Made by a program: the position numbers and the translations under genes
Shown: positions 45,967 through 54,923 of the stretch, in pieces
Numbering within the stretch: position 1 is the first letter of the stretch
Layout of the letters: each line of letters opens with the position of its first letter
NCBI GenBank assembly: GCA_023245775.1
Contig: JAHFJR010000002.1
Span: forward strand, 1,902 to 65,901
Direction: 5' to 3'
DNA from: Candidatus Peribacteria bacterium
GTDB taxonomy: Bacteria; Patescibacteriota; Gracilibacteria; Peribacterales; Peribacteraceae
DNA length: 64,000 nt
The notes under the pieces: model-generated
What the model was told of the DNA's origin: nothing
The model's input: the letters and a program-made list of their open reading frames with translations, nothing else
Database searches by the model: none

Positions 45967-47970
45967 TTACACCTCTCGCCTCAGCAGTTCTATTTCATCT
46001 CTCAAATCCGCAGCCTTTTCAAATTCCTCATTCTTCGCTGCGAGCTCCATCTGCTCGGTGAGCTCTTCGATGAGGCGCTTCTTCTCGTCCTTCGGGATCT
46101 TGTGATGGTCGTACTTCTTGCGTGTCATCTTCAGCTTCGTGTGCTCCTCCGCGATGTCTTGGATCGCCTTAATGATCGTCTGCGGCGTGATGCCATGCTT
46201 CGTATTGTATTCCTCCTGAATCTTCCTGCGACGATTCGTCTCGTTGATGGCGGCCTGCATCGCATCGGTCATTCGATCGGCATACAGCACGACGTGACCG
46301 TTGATGTTTCTGGCAGCGCGACCGATCGTCTGAATCAGTGCATCGCGTGAGCGGAGAAAGCCTTGCTGATCGGCGTCTAAGATCGCGATGAAGCTGACCT
46401 CCGGGAGATCCAAGCCCTCACGCAGCAGGTTGATGCCCACGAGAATATCGATGATCCCTGAGCGTAGTTGCCGGAGGATTTCGATGCGCTCCATTGTCTC
46501 GATGTCGCTGTGCAGATAGCGGACATTGTAGTCGACATTCCGGTAGTACTCCGCGAGGTCCTCGGCGCTCTTCTTCGTGAGGGCTGTGATCAGCACACGC
46601 TCACCGCGCGCGATCGTCTCATTGATCTCCTTCGTGATGTGGTCGATCTGATTCTTCTTCGGATGCACCGTCACAACGGGGTCGAGAAGCCCCGTCGGGC
46701 GGATGATTTGCTCTGCAATGAGATCTTTTTTGGCTTGCCCGATCGGTGACGGGCGGGTGTTCTTGTACTCGTACGGACCCGGAGTCGCCGACACGTACAC
46801 GGCTTGCTTGACTCTCTCCTCGAATTCCGAGAACTTCAGCGGTCTATTATCCATTGCACTCGGCAATCTGAAGCCGTAATCGATGAGGGTCTTCTTCCGC
46901 TGTAAATTTCCCTCGTGCATGCCGCCGATCTGCGGGATAGAAATATGCGACTCGTCGATGAACATCAGGAAATCATCGGGGAAGTAATCGAGCAGCGTCT
47001 CGGGTGGCGAGCCTGCTTCGCGGTTCGAGAAGAACCGCACGTAGTTCTCGATGCCCGTGCAGTAGCCGGTTTCCTTCAGCATCTCGATGTCATACTCCGT
47101 GCGCTGCCGAATACGCTCTGCCTTCGCGATCTCTCCGGCTTTCAGGAGTTCCTTCTCGCGAAGATCCAATTCCGCTTTGATGCCGTCGATCGCTCCATCG
47201 ATCTTCTCCTTGGTCGTGACGTTATGAGCAGCGGGGAAGATCTTGAACTCGTTCATCTCGCCGATGAGTTCGCCGGTGAAACTGTCAACTTCTTGAATCG
47301 TTTCGATTTCATCGAAGGGCATCTCAACTCGAATCACCGTGTCGCCGCTCGGCGGGAAGATCTCGACGGTGTCCCCAAGAACATGGAACATCCCCTGTTT
47401 GAAGCTCATGGAACTGCGCTTGTACTGGATGTCCGTGAGGAGTCGGAGGAATCTCTGACGCTGGAACGGCTGGCCGCGCTTGATCGTGAATGCGAGTGAC
47501 TGATAGTCCGCGACACTCCCGAGTCCGTAGATGCACGAGACGGAAGAGACGATGAGCGTATCGCGCCGCGTGAGGAGATTATTCGTTGCGGCGTGGCGAA
47601 ACTTTGCGATCTCCTCGTTGATGCTCGCATCTTTCTCGATGTACGTATCCGTCGTCGGCAAGTACGCCTCGGGTTGGTAGTAGTCGTAGTACGAGACGAA
47701 GTAACTCACTGCATTGTCCGGAAAGTACATCTGGAACTCGCTGCAGAGCTGTGCTGCGAGCGTCTTGTTGTGCGCAAGCACGAGGGTCGGGCGATTGTGC
47801 TTCGCAATGAGGTTCGCCATCGTGAATGTTTTTCCGGTGCCGGTCGCTCCAAGCAGCGTCTGGTGTCTCTCGCCCGCATCGATTCCTGCATTCAGTTTTG
47901 CAATTGCCGTCGGCTGATCGCCGGTGGGCTGGTAGCTGGAGACGAGGCGGAAGGGAATTGGAGCATCCAT
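45967..47970 (-). CDS. uvrB: Excinuclease ABC subunit B
   Basis: PTGDQP, GATGTGKT, YYDYYQPEAY, DESH, VSATPG, NLLREGLDLPEV, GRAARN. Confidence 0.98.
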   Translation of the reverse strand: MDAPIPFRLVSSYQPTGDQPTAIAKLNAGIDAGERHQTLLGATGTGKTFTMANLIAKHNRPTLVLAHNKTLAAQLCSEFQMYFPDNAVSYFVSYYDYYQPEAYLPTTDTYIEKDASINEEIAKFRHAATNNLLTRRDTLIVSSVSCIYGLGSVADYQSLAFTIKRGQPFQRQRFLRLLTDIQYKRSSMSFKQGMFHVLGDTVEIFPPSGDTVIRVEMPFDEIETIQEVDSFTGELIGEMNEFKIFPAAHNVTTKEKIDGAIDGIKAELDLREKELLKAGEIAKAERIRQRTEYDIEMLKETGYCTGIENYVRFFSNREAGSPPETLLDYFPDDFLMFIDESHISIPQIGGMHEGNLQRKKTLIDYGFRLPSAMDNRPLKFSEFEERVKQAVYVSATPGPYEYKNTRPSPIGQAKKDLIAEQIIRPTGLLDPVVTVHPKKNQIDHITKEINETIARGERVLITALTKKSAEDLAEYYRNVDYNVRYLHSDIETMERIEILRQLRSGIIDILVGINLLREGLDLPEVSFIAILDADQQGFLRSRDALIQTIGRAARNINGHVVLYADRMTDAMQAAINETNRRRKIQEEYNTKHGITPQTIIKAIQDIAEEHTKLKMTRKKYDHHKIPKDEKKRLIEELTEQMELAAKNEEFEKAADLRDEIELLRREV
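46734..46757. repeat. 24-nt palindrome within the uvrB reading frame
   Basis: CTTGCCCGATCGGTGACGGGCGGG, related to 12679-12702; gives about 8 extra residues (RPSPIGQA). Confidence 0.7.
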
Positions 47971-48071
47971 AAGACGAGGGAGTGTACAGGAAGGCAGGGG
48001 AGATTCAAAGAGTCCTCCGTTCGCTGCCGATGTACATCGACAGCGAACTCAATAAAAAACCAAGATCAAAA

Positions 48072-48094
48072 GGAGCGGGCATTCTTGCCCGCGT
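48072..48094 (+). repeat. GGAG-tagged hairpin
   Basis: Identical to 12994-13016. Confidence 0.75.
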
Positions 48095-48110
48095 AGATCT
48101 TGTGAATCGT

Positions 48111-48380
48111 TTAGCCGATTCCCACCGATGCGTGCGTGCCAGTTCTGAGAAGTTCGATGGTGTCAGTATCAAGGTATCGGAAGAGGACGACCCAATTGTG
48201 AGCGAGATGAGCATCCCATGTGCCGGCGAAAGAGCCCTTGAGTGGATGTGTTCTATATTTTTCTGGCAACTTCGGTGATTCCAAATGATGCAGGAACTCT
48301 TTGAAGGGGCGCATCGAACATCCCGAATGCTTCAGTCGCTCCAGATCCTTCTTGCAGAGTCTGTGCAGGCGAAACTTCAT
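48111..48380 (-). CDS. yafQ: YafQ-family toxin
   Basis: KKDL...LPEKYRTHPLKG...DAHL..NWVVLF...LRTGTH. Confidence 0.85.
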   Translation of the reverse strand: MKFRLHRLCKKDLERLKHSGCSMRPFKEFLHHLESPKLPEKYRTHPLKGSFAGTWDAHLAHNWVVLFRYLDTDTIELLRTGTHASVGIG

Positions 48381-48649
48381 AGTGCATCGATGTAGTCTGA
48401 TGCTTCTTTCGCAGAGTCAAATGAGGCGACGATGTCCGGATACTTGATCTGCTGAAGGAGAGCCTTCTCAGCTTTCGCAGTCAATCCGTTTTCCGTGAGC
48501 CATGGCAGGGGAATGGTTTGCCTACGCACCATGTGCGTGAAGAAAATGCGAACAGCCGTTGCGAGATCGAGCCCGTTGGTTTCCGCGATTTTCTGTGCCT
48601 TCTTCTTGAGAGCGATAGGCATGCGAACATGGAAGGTTGTTGTAGTCAT
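48377..48649 (-). CDS. dinJ: RelB/DinJ-family antitoxin
   Basis: VRM...LKKKA..I....GLDLATAVRIF....IP. ATGA overlap with the toxin; AGATACAAT direct repeat upstream. Confidence 0.83.
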   Translation of the reverse strand: MTTTTFHVRMPIALKKKAQKIAETNGLDLATAVRIFFTHMVRRQTIPLPWLTENGLTAKAEKALLQQIKYPDIVASFDSAKEASDYIDAL

Positions 48650-48742
48650 ATCACAATTGTATCTTATTGTATCTTTTTGTGTCAAATCGAAATCTTCAAT
48701 GCACCAAGCGCAAACGAATTTGCAGTACCTCGGCATTCATTC

Positions 48743-48937
48743 TTAGAGACAGGCATGTTGCAATTTTTCATGTTGTTCTCGCCTGATGTCATCTGCTGTC
48801 ATCACTGAACCGTCAGGATTCCTACGTGGCGTAGGCACGTCATACGGAGCAACCACCCCTCTTCTACCAAGGCTTGGGTGAATATCGGATTCCGGCGTAA
48901 AACTGAGCCTTTGTATGTGCTGGAGTGTGTCGACCAT
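48743..48937 (-). CDS. Possible small hypothetical protein
   Basis: Short ORF filling the gap, with TGGTATGAT upstream; no motif. Confidence 0.3.
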   Translation of the reverse strand: MVDTLQHIQRLSFTPESDIHPSLGRRGVVAPYDVPTPRRNPDGSVMTADDIRREQHEKLQHACL

Positions 48938-48995
48938 AGAAATCAGGGAAGAATCATACCATGACATACTTTCGGTCCATCACTATACTCCTCGC

Positions 48996-50363
48996 ATGAT
49001 CGACCTCGCTCTCGTCCGCAAAGATCCCGTTGCATACCAAGACGCGTGCAAGAAGAAGAATATCAAGCTCAATATTGCCGCGTTTCTGAAACTCGACGAA
49101 GAACGACGAATGCTCATGGCTGAGACGCAGACGATGCAGGCTGAGCGCAATGCCGTGAGCAAGAAAGTGCCGACGATCAAAGAGAAGACTGAGAAAGAAA
49201 AAGTGATCGGAGAAATGAAATCACTCGGCGAGAAGCTCAAGGCAGGTGAAGAGGAACTCATCGAACTCGACAAACAGTGGATGGCCTTGCAGTTGCAACT
49301 TCCATCCATTCCCCTGCCGTCTGTTCCCGTTGGGAAAGATGACACGGAGAACAGAGAACAGAGGAAGTGGGCCCCGAACCAGTCGTCCGCTTCGGCGGAC
49401 TCCGGTACAGGGCAAGACGGTCTTCCTATCTTCGATTTCGAACCGAAGGATCACGTCGCGCTCGGAACAGCTCTGGATATCATCGACATTCCCCGCGGTG
49501 TGAAGATCGGTGGATCGCGAAGCTATTTTCTGAAGGGTGACGGTGCGAGACTCGAGCTTGCGATCCTCCAGTTCACGATCGATCTTCTGACCAAGCGCGG
49601 CTTCACGCTGTTTACGCCTCCGCTCATGGCCAATTACGCAGCGATGATGGGTACAAGCTATTTTCCTGGAGGTGAAGAGCAGGCGTATGCGATCGGTGTC
49701 GACCGCACGCCGGAACTTGGCTTAGACGGAAAAGATGCGAAACAGATCGAATCCGATCGCCTGTACCTCATCGGCACCTCGGAAGTCGCGGTCGCGAGTT
49801 ATCACTCAGGCGAAACGTTTAAGCAAAGCGAACTTCCGAAGCGTTACGCGGGCCTCAGTAACTGTTTCCGTCGCGAAGCGGGCACGTATGGCAAAGACAC
49901 GCACGGGCTGTACCGTATTCATCAGTTTCAGAAAGTTGAGCAGGTGGTTCTCTGCGAGAATGATGAAAAAACGAGTGCCGCACTGCATCAGGAAATTCTT
50001 GGCAATGCCGAAGCGGTGTTGCAGGCTCTTGAACTTCCGTACCGCGTTGTCGATGTCTGCACGGGTGACATGGGCCGCGGACAGATCTTCAAGAACGACA
50101 TCGAGACGTGGATGCCAAGCCGCAAGGGCTATGGCGAAACGCACAGCTGTTCGACGTTTGGAGAATTCCAGGCACGCCGACTTGGCATCAAGTACGAGAC
50201 CGAGTCAGGCGAGAAGAAGTACGTCCACACACTGAATAACACCTGCATCGCCTCCCCGCGCATCCTCATCCCGATTCTCGAGATCTACCAAAACAAGGAC
50301 GGTTCTGTGGCTATTCCAAGCGTTCTGCGACCGTACATGGGAGGGCAGGAGGTTATCAGATAG
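48996..50363 (+). CDS. serS: Serine-tRNA ligase
   Basis: N-terminal coiled coil, YLIGTSE, CFRREAG, GLYRIHQFQKVE, ETHSCS, HTLNNT. Confidence 0.97.
   Translation: MIDLALVRKDPVAYQDACKKKNIKLNIAAFLKLDEERRMLMAETQTMQAERNAVSKKVPTIKEKTEKEKVIGEMKSLGEKLKAGEEELIELDKQWMALQLQLPSIPLPSVPVGKDDTENREQRKWAPNQSSASADSGTGQDGLPIFDFEPKDHVALGTALDIIDIPRGVKIGGSRSYFLKGDGARLELAILQFTIDLLTKRGFTLFTPPLMANYAAMMGTSYFPGGEEQAYAIGVDRTPELGLDGKDAKQIESDRLYLIGTSEVAVASYHSGETFKQSELPKRYAGLSNCFRREAGTYGKDTHGLYRIHQFQKVEQVVLCENDEKTSAALHQEILGNAEAVLQALELPYRVVDVCTGDMGRGQIFKNDIETWMPSRKGYGETHSCSTFGEFQARRLGIKYETESGEKKYVHTLNNTCIASPRILIPILEIYQNKDGSVAIPSVLRPYMGGQEVIR
49371..49413. repeat. Hairpin within the serS reading frame
   Basis: GCCCCGAACCAGTC-GTCCGCTTCGGCGGAC-TCCGGTACAGGGC, encoding APNQSSASADSGTG. 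Confidence 0.7.
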
Positions 50364-50385
50364 AAAGAAGTACTATAAAATCTAT

Positions 50386-50414
50386 TTGACATTAAGTCAA
50401 TAATATATTATAAT
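50386..50414 (+). promoter_or_regulatory. Consensus sigma70 promoter
   Basis: TTGACA-17 nt-TATAAT. Confidence 0.8.
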
Positions 50415-50420
50415 ATGAGT

Positions 50421-50762
50421 ATGAGTACAGCATTACGTCATACAGACTTCAGTGGTATCCCAGCGGGGGATTTTGTTGTTGTCGGGAAGACACAGGAATT
50501 TCCTCGTCTCAGGATTCAGCCAGAGGACCCGTTGGAAAATGGCCATTCCATTGATAAAGATGAGAGGGATGTTGATGATTTTTTCGCGGCGTCCGATAAT
50601 GTGGCTAAATTACTAGAAGCAACGAGGGGGGAGATAGAGGAGGTGCTGCCGCCCACTCAGTCAAAACCACAGCCAAGATTCTTTGCCTATCAACCAAAGA
50701 CCTATACAGAGAAGCCGCTTCCGACGCAGTTTTCCGGAATAGAAGAGCTCCCTCGGAGGTGA
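50421..50762 (+). CDS. Small hypothetical protein
   Basis: ORF directly after a consensus promoter. Confidence 0.55.
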   Translation: MSTALRHTDFSGIPAGDFVVVGKTQEFPRLRIQPEDPLENGHSIDKDERDVDDFFAASDNVAKLLEATRGEIEEVLPPTQSKPQPRFFAYQPKTYTEKPLPTQFSGIEELPRR

Positions 50763-50806
50763 GACATGACGAATGACTTCCTCTTTTGAGTTATGCTGTT
50801 TTCTGC

Positions 50807-51991
50807 ATGCGCATCCTCTTCACCCGTTTCCCTCTCGAGAGCGCCGACGGCGGCAGCGAGAATCAGACGATCTGGCTGATGGAGGGGCTAAGGGCTCGCG
50901 GGCATGAGGTGAGTTTTCTCGGAAGTTGTGATGTTCTCTTGCGTCGCACAAAAGAATTGGGAATGAAGAATGATGAATTAAGAATAGGGATTCCTCCTGT
51001 AACGAAATGGGGAGCGATCAGTTTTCTCTGGCGAAGAAAAAAAATGCAACAAACTCTGATTGCAGAAGTGCAGAAACTTTCCACTTTCCCTACCTGTCCG
51101 GTAGGCAGGCACTTTCCACCTTCCACTCTTATCATGCTCAGCCTCAGCGAGAAGCTCCTCCTCACTCCTTGGGCAGTCTCGCAGGGCATGAGAGTGATCT
51201 GGATCGAGCACGACCGCATCGGAGCATGGCTTCGATGGAATCCTTGGCTGCCGATGCTTCGACGTCTCTCGAAGCTCGTGACGATCGTCTGTGTGTCTGA
51301 ACTGAGCAGGAAGATGTATGAAGAGATTGGGTTTGAGAAGAGCAATCTTATCGCTATTCCGAATGGGATTCCTTCCCCTCTCCCTTCGGCCCGCCCGAAC
51401 GTACCCATTCGGTACGGGCGGGGAGAGGGGTCAGGGGTGAGGGAGGAAAAACAACTCCGTCTCGGTTGTCTCTCCCGCCTGAGTCCCGAAAAGGGTGTGG
51501 ATGTGCTCATACAATCTCTCGAATCCCTGCCGGAAGTGTCTCTGAGCATCGTCGGAAAGGGGCGTGATGAGGCGTACCTTCGTCAGTTGATCTTGGATGA
51601 CACGCAGCGCATGGGGGGAGAGCGGATCACTCTGACATCCTCCGTCGAGGATCTCGATGCGTTCTATCGTTCACTCGATGTGCTCGTCCTTCCCTCCTCC
51701 GACCATGATCCATTTGGGTTGGTTGCGGCAGAGGCGATGATGCGCGGTCTCCCCGTCATTATCACCGATGCATGCGGTATCGCAGGGTACATGGAACACG
51801 ATGAGGATGCCCTGATCGTTCCTGCAGGATCGCCGCGAGCCCTTACAGATGCCATTCAGCATCTTCTTGAGCCTCGGGCACGAGAACGGCTGGGTGCGAG
51901 GGGACAGACGAAGGCAGAAGAGCGCTTCAGTTTGAGCAGAATGATTGATGCCTATGAGGAATTGTTGCTCGGGGAGAGAAAATGTGTTTAG
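50807..51991 (+). CDS. GT4-family glycosyltransferase with three repeat-derived segments
   Basis: GGSE, IPNGI, RLSPEKG, DPFGLVAAEAM. Confidence 0.9.
   Translation: MRILFTRFPLESADGGSENQTIWLMEGLRARGHEVSFLGSCDVLLRRTKELGMKNDELRIGIPPVTKWGAISFLWRRKKMQQTLIAEVQKLSTFPTCPVGRHFPPSTLIMLSLSEKLLLTPWAVSQGMRVIWIEHDRIGAWLRWNPWLPMLRRLSKLVTIVCVSELSRKMYEEIGFEKSNLIAIPNGIPSPLPSARPNVPIRYGRGEGSGVREEKQLRLGCLSRLSPEKGVDVLIQSLESLPEVSLSIVGKGRDEAYLRQLILDDTQRMGGERITLTSSVEDLDAFYRSLDVLVLPSSDHDPFGLVAAEAMMRGLPVIITDACGIAGYMEHDEDALIVPAGSPRALTDAIQHLLEPRARERLGARGQTKAEERFSLSRMIDAYEELLLGERKCV
51077..51128. repeat. Heptamer tract with a 21-nt palindromic insert, in frame
   Basis: CTTTCCACTTTC[CCTACCTGTCCGGTAGGCAGG 51089-51109]CACTTTCCACCTTCCACT. 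Confidence 0.8.
51374..51444. repeat. CCCCTCTCCC-type hairpin with a nested 33-nt palindrome, in frame
   Basis: Matches 37254-37291 apart from two bases, plus the insert GCCCGCCCGAACGTACCCATTCGGTACGGGCGG at 51389-51421. Confidence 0.85.
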
Positions 51992-52018
51992 AATGCACCC
52001 TTTCTCTTTCTCACTGAT

Positions 52019-52315
52019 ATGTCTGAAGAAAGCCCCAGAGACGTACAGGCCTCACAGATCCTTCTCCTGAGCGATGGAGAGAAAACAGTCCTGTCTCAGC
52101 TGACAGGTATTCGCGGTACACTGAAGGCACTGAGACTGGACCTCTGCTCCGTGGGTGGATCCTATTTCCTAGATCTCCCTTCGGATCTCACACACCTCAT
52201 TCCAAATGGGACGGTCGATCACTTGGCCGAATCTCTTCGCCGTATATTCAACATCGTCTGTACACCAATTGCCAGTACCTGCTATGTGTCGTCTCAGTCT
52301 GCTCAGGTACGATGA
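52019..52315 (+). CDS. Possible small hypothetical protein
   Basis: 98-aa ORF filling the intergenic gap; no motif. Confidence 0.35.
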   Translation: MSEESPRDVQASQILLLSDGEKTVLSQLTGIRGTLKALRLDLCSVGGSYFLDLPSDLTHLIPNGTVDHLAESLRRIFNIVCTPIASTCYVSSQSAQVR

Positions 52316-52322
52316 GACCCTC

Positions 52323-54884
52323 ATGCGGCGCCGAGGACTCACTTCATTCCTGCTGACGATCTTCTTGCTCCTGCAGAGTGTTCCCGCATTTGCGGCTCCT
52401 TGGGCTGCTCTCGCATCTATCGTGACCCTAGACTTTCGCACAGAGATCGATGCCTTCAGTGTGCGTTTGCCTCTCTCAGGATCAGAGGTTCGCTATTCGT
52501 ATGTGCAAGGAAAAAAGTGGTCGCCTTGGATCGTCTTCGACAATGACGGAGATAGCAGCAGAGGAGAGGAGAGCGAGCTCGTGATGCTTCCTTCTTCTGT
52601 GCGCTCTCTCCGGGTACAGGGCGTTGCCTCACGGGAGGATGTCCATCCGATCCATGTATCGAAGGATCCTGTCTCTGTACGTGTCGCATCCAAGACAGCT
52701 GGAATGAATCCAAGCATCATCCGTCGTCGTGAGTGGGGTGCAGATGAATCCTACCTCTTCGATCTGCCGACGAGAGAAGAGACGATGCCCTCCGCTGGAG
52801 ATATCGCGAAGGGAGACACGGTGGTCACCGATTCTGTGCAGAGTGGGAATCGCATCAAGGACTGCCTCGAGGCGCAGCAGAAGTACGGAAGCGAATTCAA
52901 GATTGCGTCGACCCTTTCGAAAGACTCCTCAGGCAAGAGCTATCGTTGGCCCTTGCAGTACAGCTCCGCCGTGAAATTGTTGGTGGTGCACCACTCGGCG
53001 CTCAACGTGAATGGAGACCCACGTCCACCCATTGAACGGATCCGCGCACTCTACAAGTACCATGCTCTCACGAAGGGCTGGGGCGACATCGGCTACCACT
53101 TCGTCGTTGACGAGAACGGTCAGGTCTACGAGGGGAGAGAGGGTGGAACATCCGTTGTTGGAGGTCATGCCTACTGCAACAACGTCGGGACCATTGGCAT
53201 TGTCCTGATGGGGAATTTCGAACTCGAGCAGCCTAGTCAAGTGCAAGTGAAAGGGCTCCAGCGACTCTTGAGTGATCTCAGTCACGAGTATGGGATCGAT
53301 GTCACACGGAGTGTGCAGTTCCACGGGAAGACATTCGCTTCGCCCGTCGTCGGGCATCGGGATCTCCTCTCTACTCTCTGTCCCGGCTACTCGCTCTTCG
53401 GAGTGCTCTCGCAGATCGTCGCGCATCTGAAGTCCGGAGAACTCGATGCTTCGGTACAATTTCCTCCGCCTCGTTCGAGTTCTTCTTCGTCAGCATTCTC
53501 TTCATCTGCGAATGGCGGATTTCTGGGGCTTGCCGAAGGCATTTCGTTCATCGGTCGCACCGCGATCGATATGAACCCGAGTGGGAAGCAGCGTCTGAGT
53601 TTTGCGTACACGGCGGGGGAGGCAGGAGCGTACGAGGGCAAGAAGATCGGCGACGTGCGTCTGTCATCGCCCAGCATCACGCTGATGCAAGATGACGGTA
53701 TCCATCACATTCCAGTGAGAAAAGGCATTCTTCTTCAGACGGATCTTCCGGCGGGTGAATCCGTCACGATCCAACTGATCGTCCAGGCACCACCCGATGC
53801 GGGGAGCTATTCGATGGAGATCGCAGGACTCCGTTTTACGCTCTCCGTTGCGGGTCGTCGTGCTCGCGCGGGAGAGTTCATCAATCCCTTTGCAGGCAAC
53901 CCTGTGCACATCGTGCATCCGACGGAGATCAAACGAGATGCTGCACTGACCGTGCGTTCTGTTTCTCTGAGACGATCTCGTCAGATTTCTTCCTCATCAC
54001 CTTCCACTTTCCCTGCCTTGCCGGCAGGCAGGCACCTTCCACCTTCCACTTTAAACTTTCCGCCTTCCGCCCCTTCTTCCATCCGTATTCGTCTGAGCGC
54101 GTCCCCTTCTCCGACCATCACCTTCCAAGCCGCAGGGAGGATCAATGACACGGTGGTTCCTGCGGGGACATCGGTGCATCTGTTCGCGCGTGGATCCGAG
54201 TGCTTTGCAGCAATAGCCGGAACCCTCTCTGTTCGTGATCGTGTTCTGCGTTTGCAATCACAGCAGTCCGAATTCCTCACGATTGATGCTGTGAGATCGA
54301 ACGTTGGTGCGTACAAGGGCGTCCTCGAGTGCCGTGTCCTTGAGGGGTCTCTCGTGCTCATCAACGAACTGCCGCTTGAAGACTACATGGCTGGGCTCGC
54401 TGAAGAGCCGGATAGTGAGCCGTACGAGAAACAACGTGCGTTCGCGATCGCCGCTCGCACGTATGGCGCGTACTACATGCAATCTTCACAGCGTAAATTT
54501 CCGAGCATGCCCTACGATGGCAGCGACAGTCCTGCGGAATTTCAGTTCTATCTGGGGTTGAACTTTGGAGAGAAGAATCCGCAGTGGCTTCGCGCTGTTT
54601 CGAGTACTGCACACCAAGTTCTTCGTTCTTCGGGGCAGCTCATCAAGTCGCCGTACTTCAGTAGTGACGACGGACGTACGAGAAGCCCCGCAGAAGCTGG
54701 CTGGAAAAATTTTCCGTTTGCAGAAATATTTGCAAGCAAGCGTGACCCGTGGTGTGCAGGCCTTCCTCTCAGCGGTCATGGAGTCGGCATGTCGGGCTGC
54801 GGAGCCCGAGGGCAAGCCATTGCCGGTAGTAGTGCTGAGCAGATTCTGCAGTACTACTATCCTGGGGTGCGGATTCAGGAGTAG
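52323..54884 (+). CDS. Secreted peptidoglycan hydrolase: PGRP/amidase_2 domain plus SpoIID/LytB domain
   Basis: RREWGA, VVHHSA, GWGDIGYHF, GHRD...TLCPG; INELPLEDYMAG..E, AIAARTY, GHGVGMS..GA, ILQYYYPG. Confidence 0.88.
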   Translation: MRRRGLTSFLLTIFLLLQSVPAFAAPWAALASIVTLDFRTEIDAFSVRLPLSGSEVRYSYVQGKKWSPWIVFDNDGDSSRGEESELVMLPSSVRSLRVQGVASREDVHPIHVSKDPVSVRVASKTAGMNPSIIRRREWGADESYLFDLPTREETMPSAGDIAKGDTVVTDSVQSGNRIKDCLEAQQKYGSEFKIASTLSKDSSGKSYRWPLQYSSAVKLLVVHHSALNVNGDPRPPIERIRALYKYHALTKGWGDIGYHFVVDENGQVYEGREGGTSVVGGHAYCNNVGTIGIVLMGNFELEQPSQVQVKGLQRLLSDLSHEYGIDVTRSVQFHGKTFASPVVGHRDLLSTLCPGYSLFGVLSQIVAHLKSGELDASVQFPPPRSSSSSSAFSSSANGGFLGLAEGISFIGRTAIDMNPSGKQRLSFAYTAGEAGAYEGKKIGDVRLSSPSITLMQDDGIHHIPVRKGILLQTDLPAGESVTIQLIVQAPPDAGSYSMEIAGLRFTLSVAGRRARAGEFINPFAGNPVHIVHPTEIKRDAALTVRSVSLRRSRQISSSSPSTFPALPAGRHLPPSTLNFPPSAPSSIRIRLSASPSPTITFQAAGRINDTVVPAGTSVHLFARGSECFAAIAGTLSVRDRVLRLQSQQSEFLTIDAVRSNVGAYKGVLECRVLEGSLVLINELPLEDYMAGLAEEPDSEPYEKQRAFAIAARTYGAYYMQSSQRKFPSMPYDGSDSPAEFQFYLGLNFGEKNPQWLRAVSSTAHQVLRSSGQLIKSPYFSSDDGRTRSPAEAGWKNFPFAEIFASKRDPWCAGLPLSGHGVGMSGCGARGQAIAGSSAEQILQYYYPGVRIQE
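53998..54062. repeat. Heptamer tract with a 21-nt palindromic insert, in frame
   Basis: CACCTTCCACTTTC[CCTGCCTTGCCGGCAGGCAGG 54012-54032]CACCTTCCACCTTCCACTTTAAACTTTCC. Confidence 0.8.
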
Positions 54885-54910
54885 AGACACATGGTTTCCC
54901 ATGTCTCTCT
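54881..54910 (+). repeat. GTAG-type REP-like hairpin supplying the amidase stop codon
   Basis: GTAGAGACACATGG-TTTC-CCATGTCTCTCT. Confidence 0.55.
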
Positions 54911-54923
54911 GTAGAACATCTTC

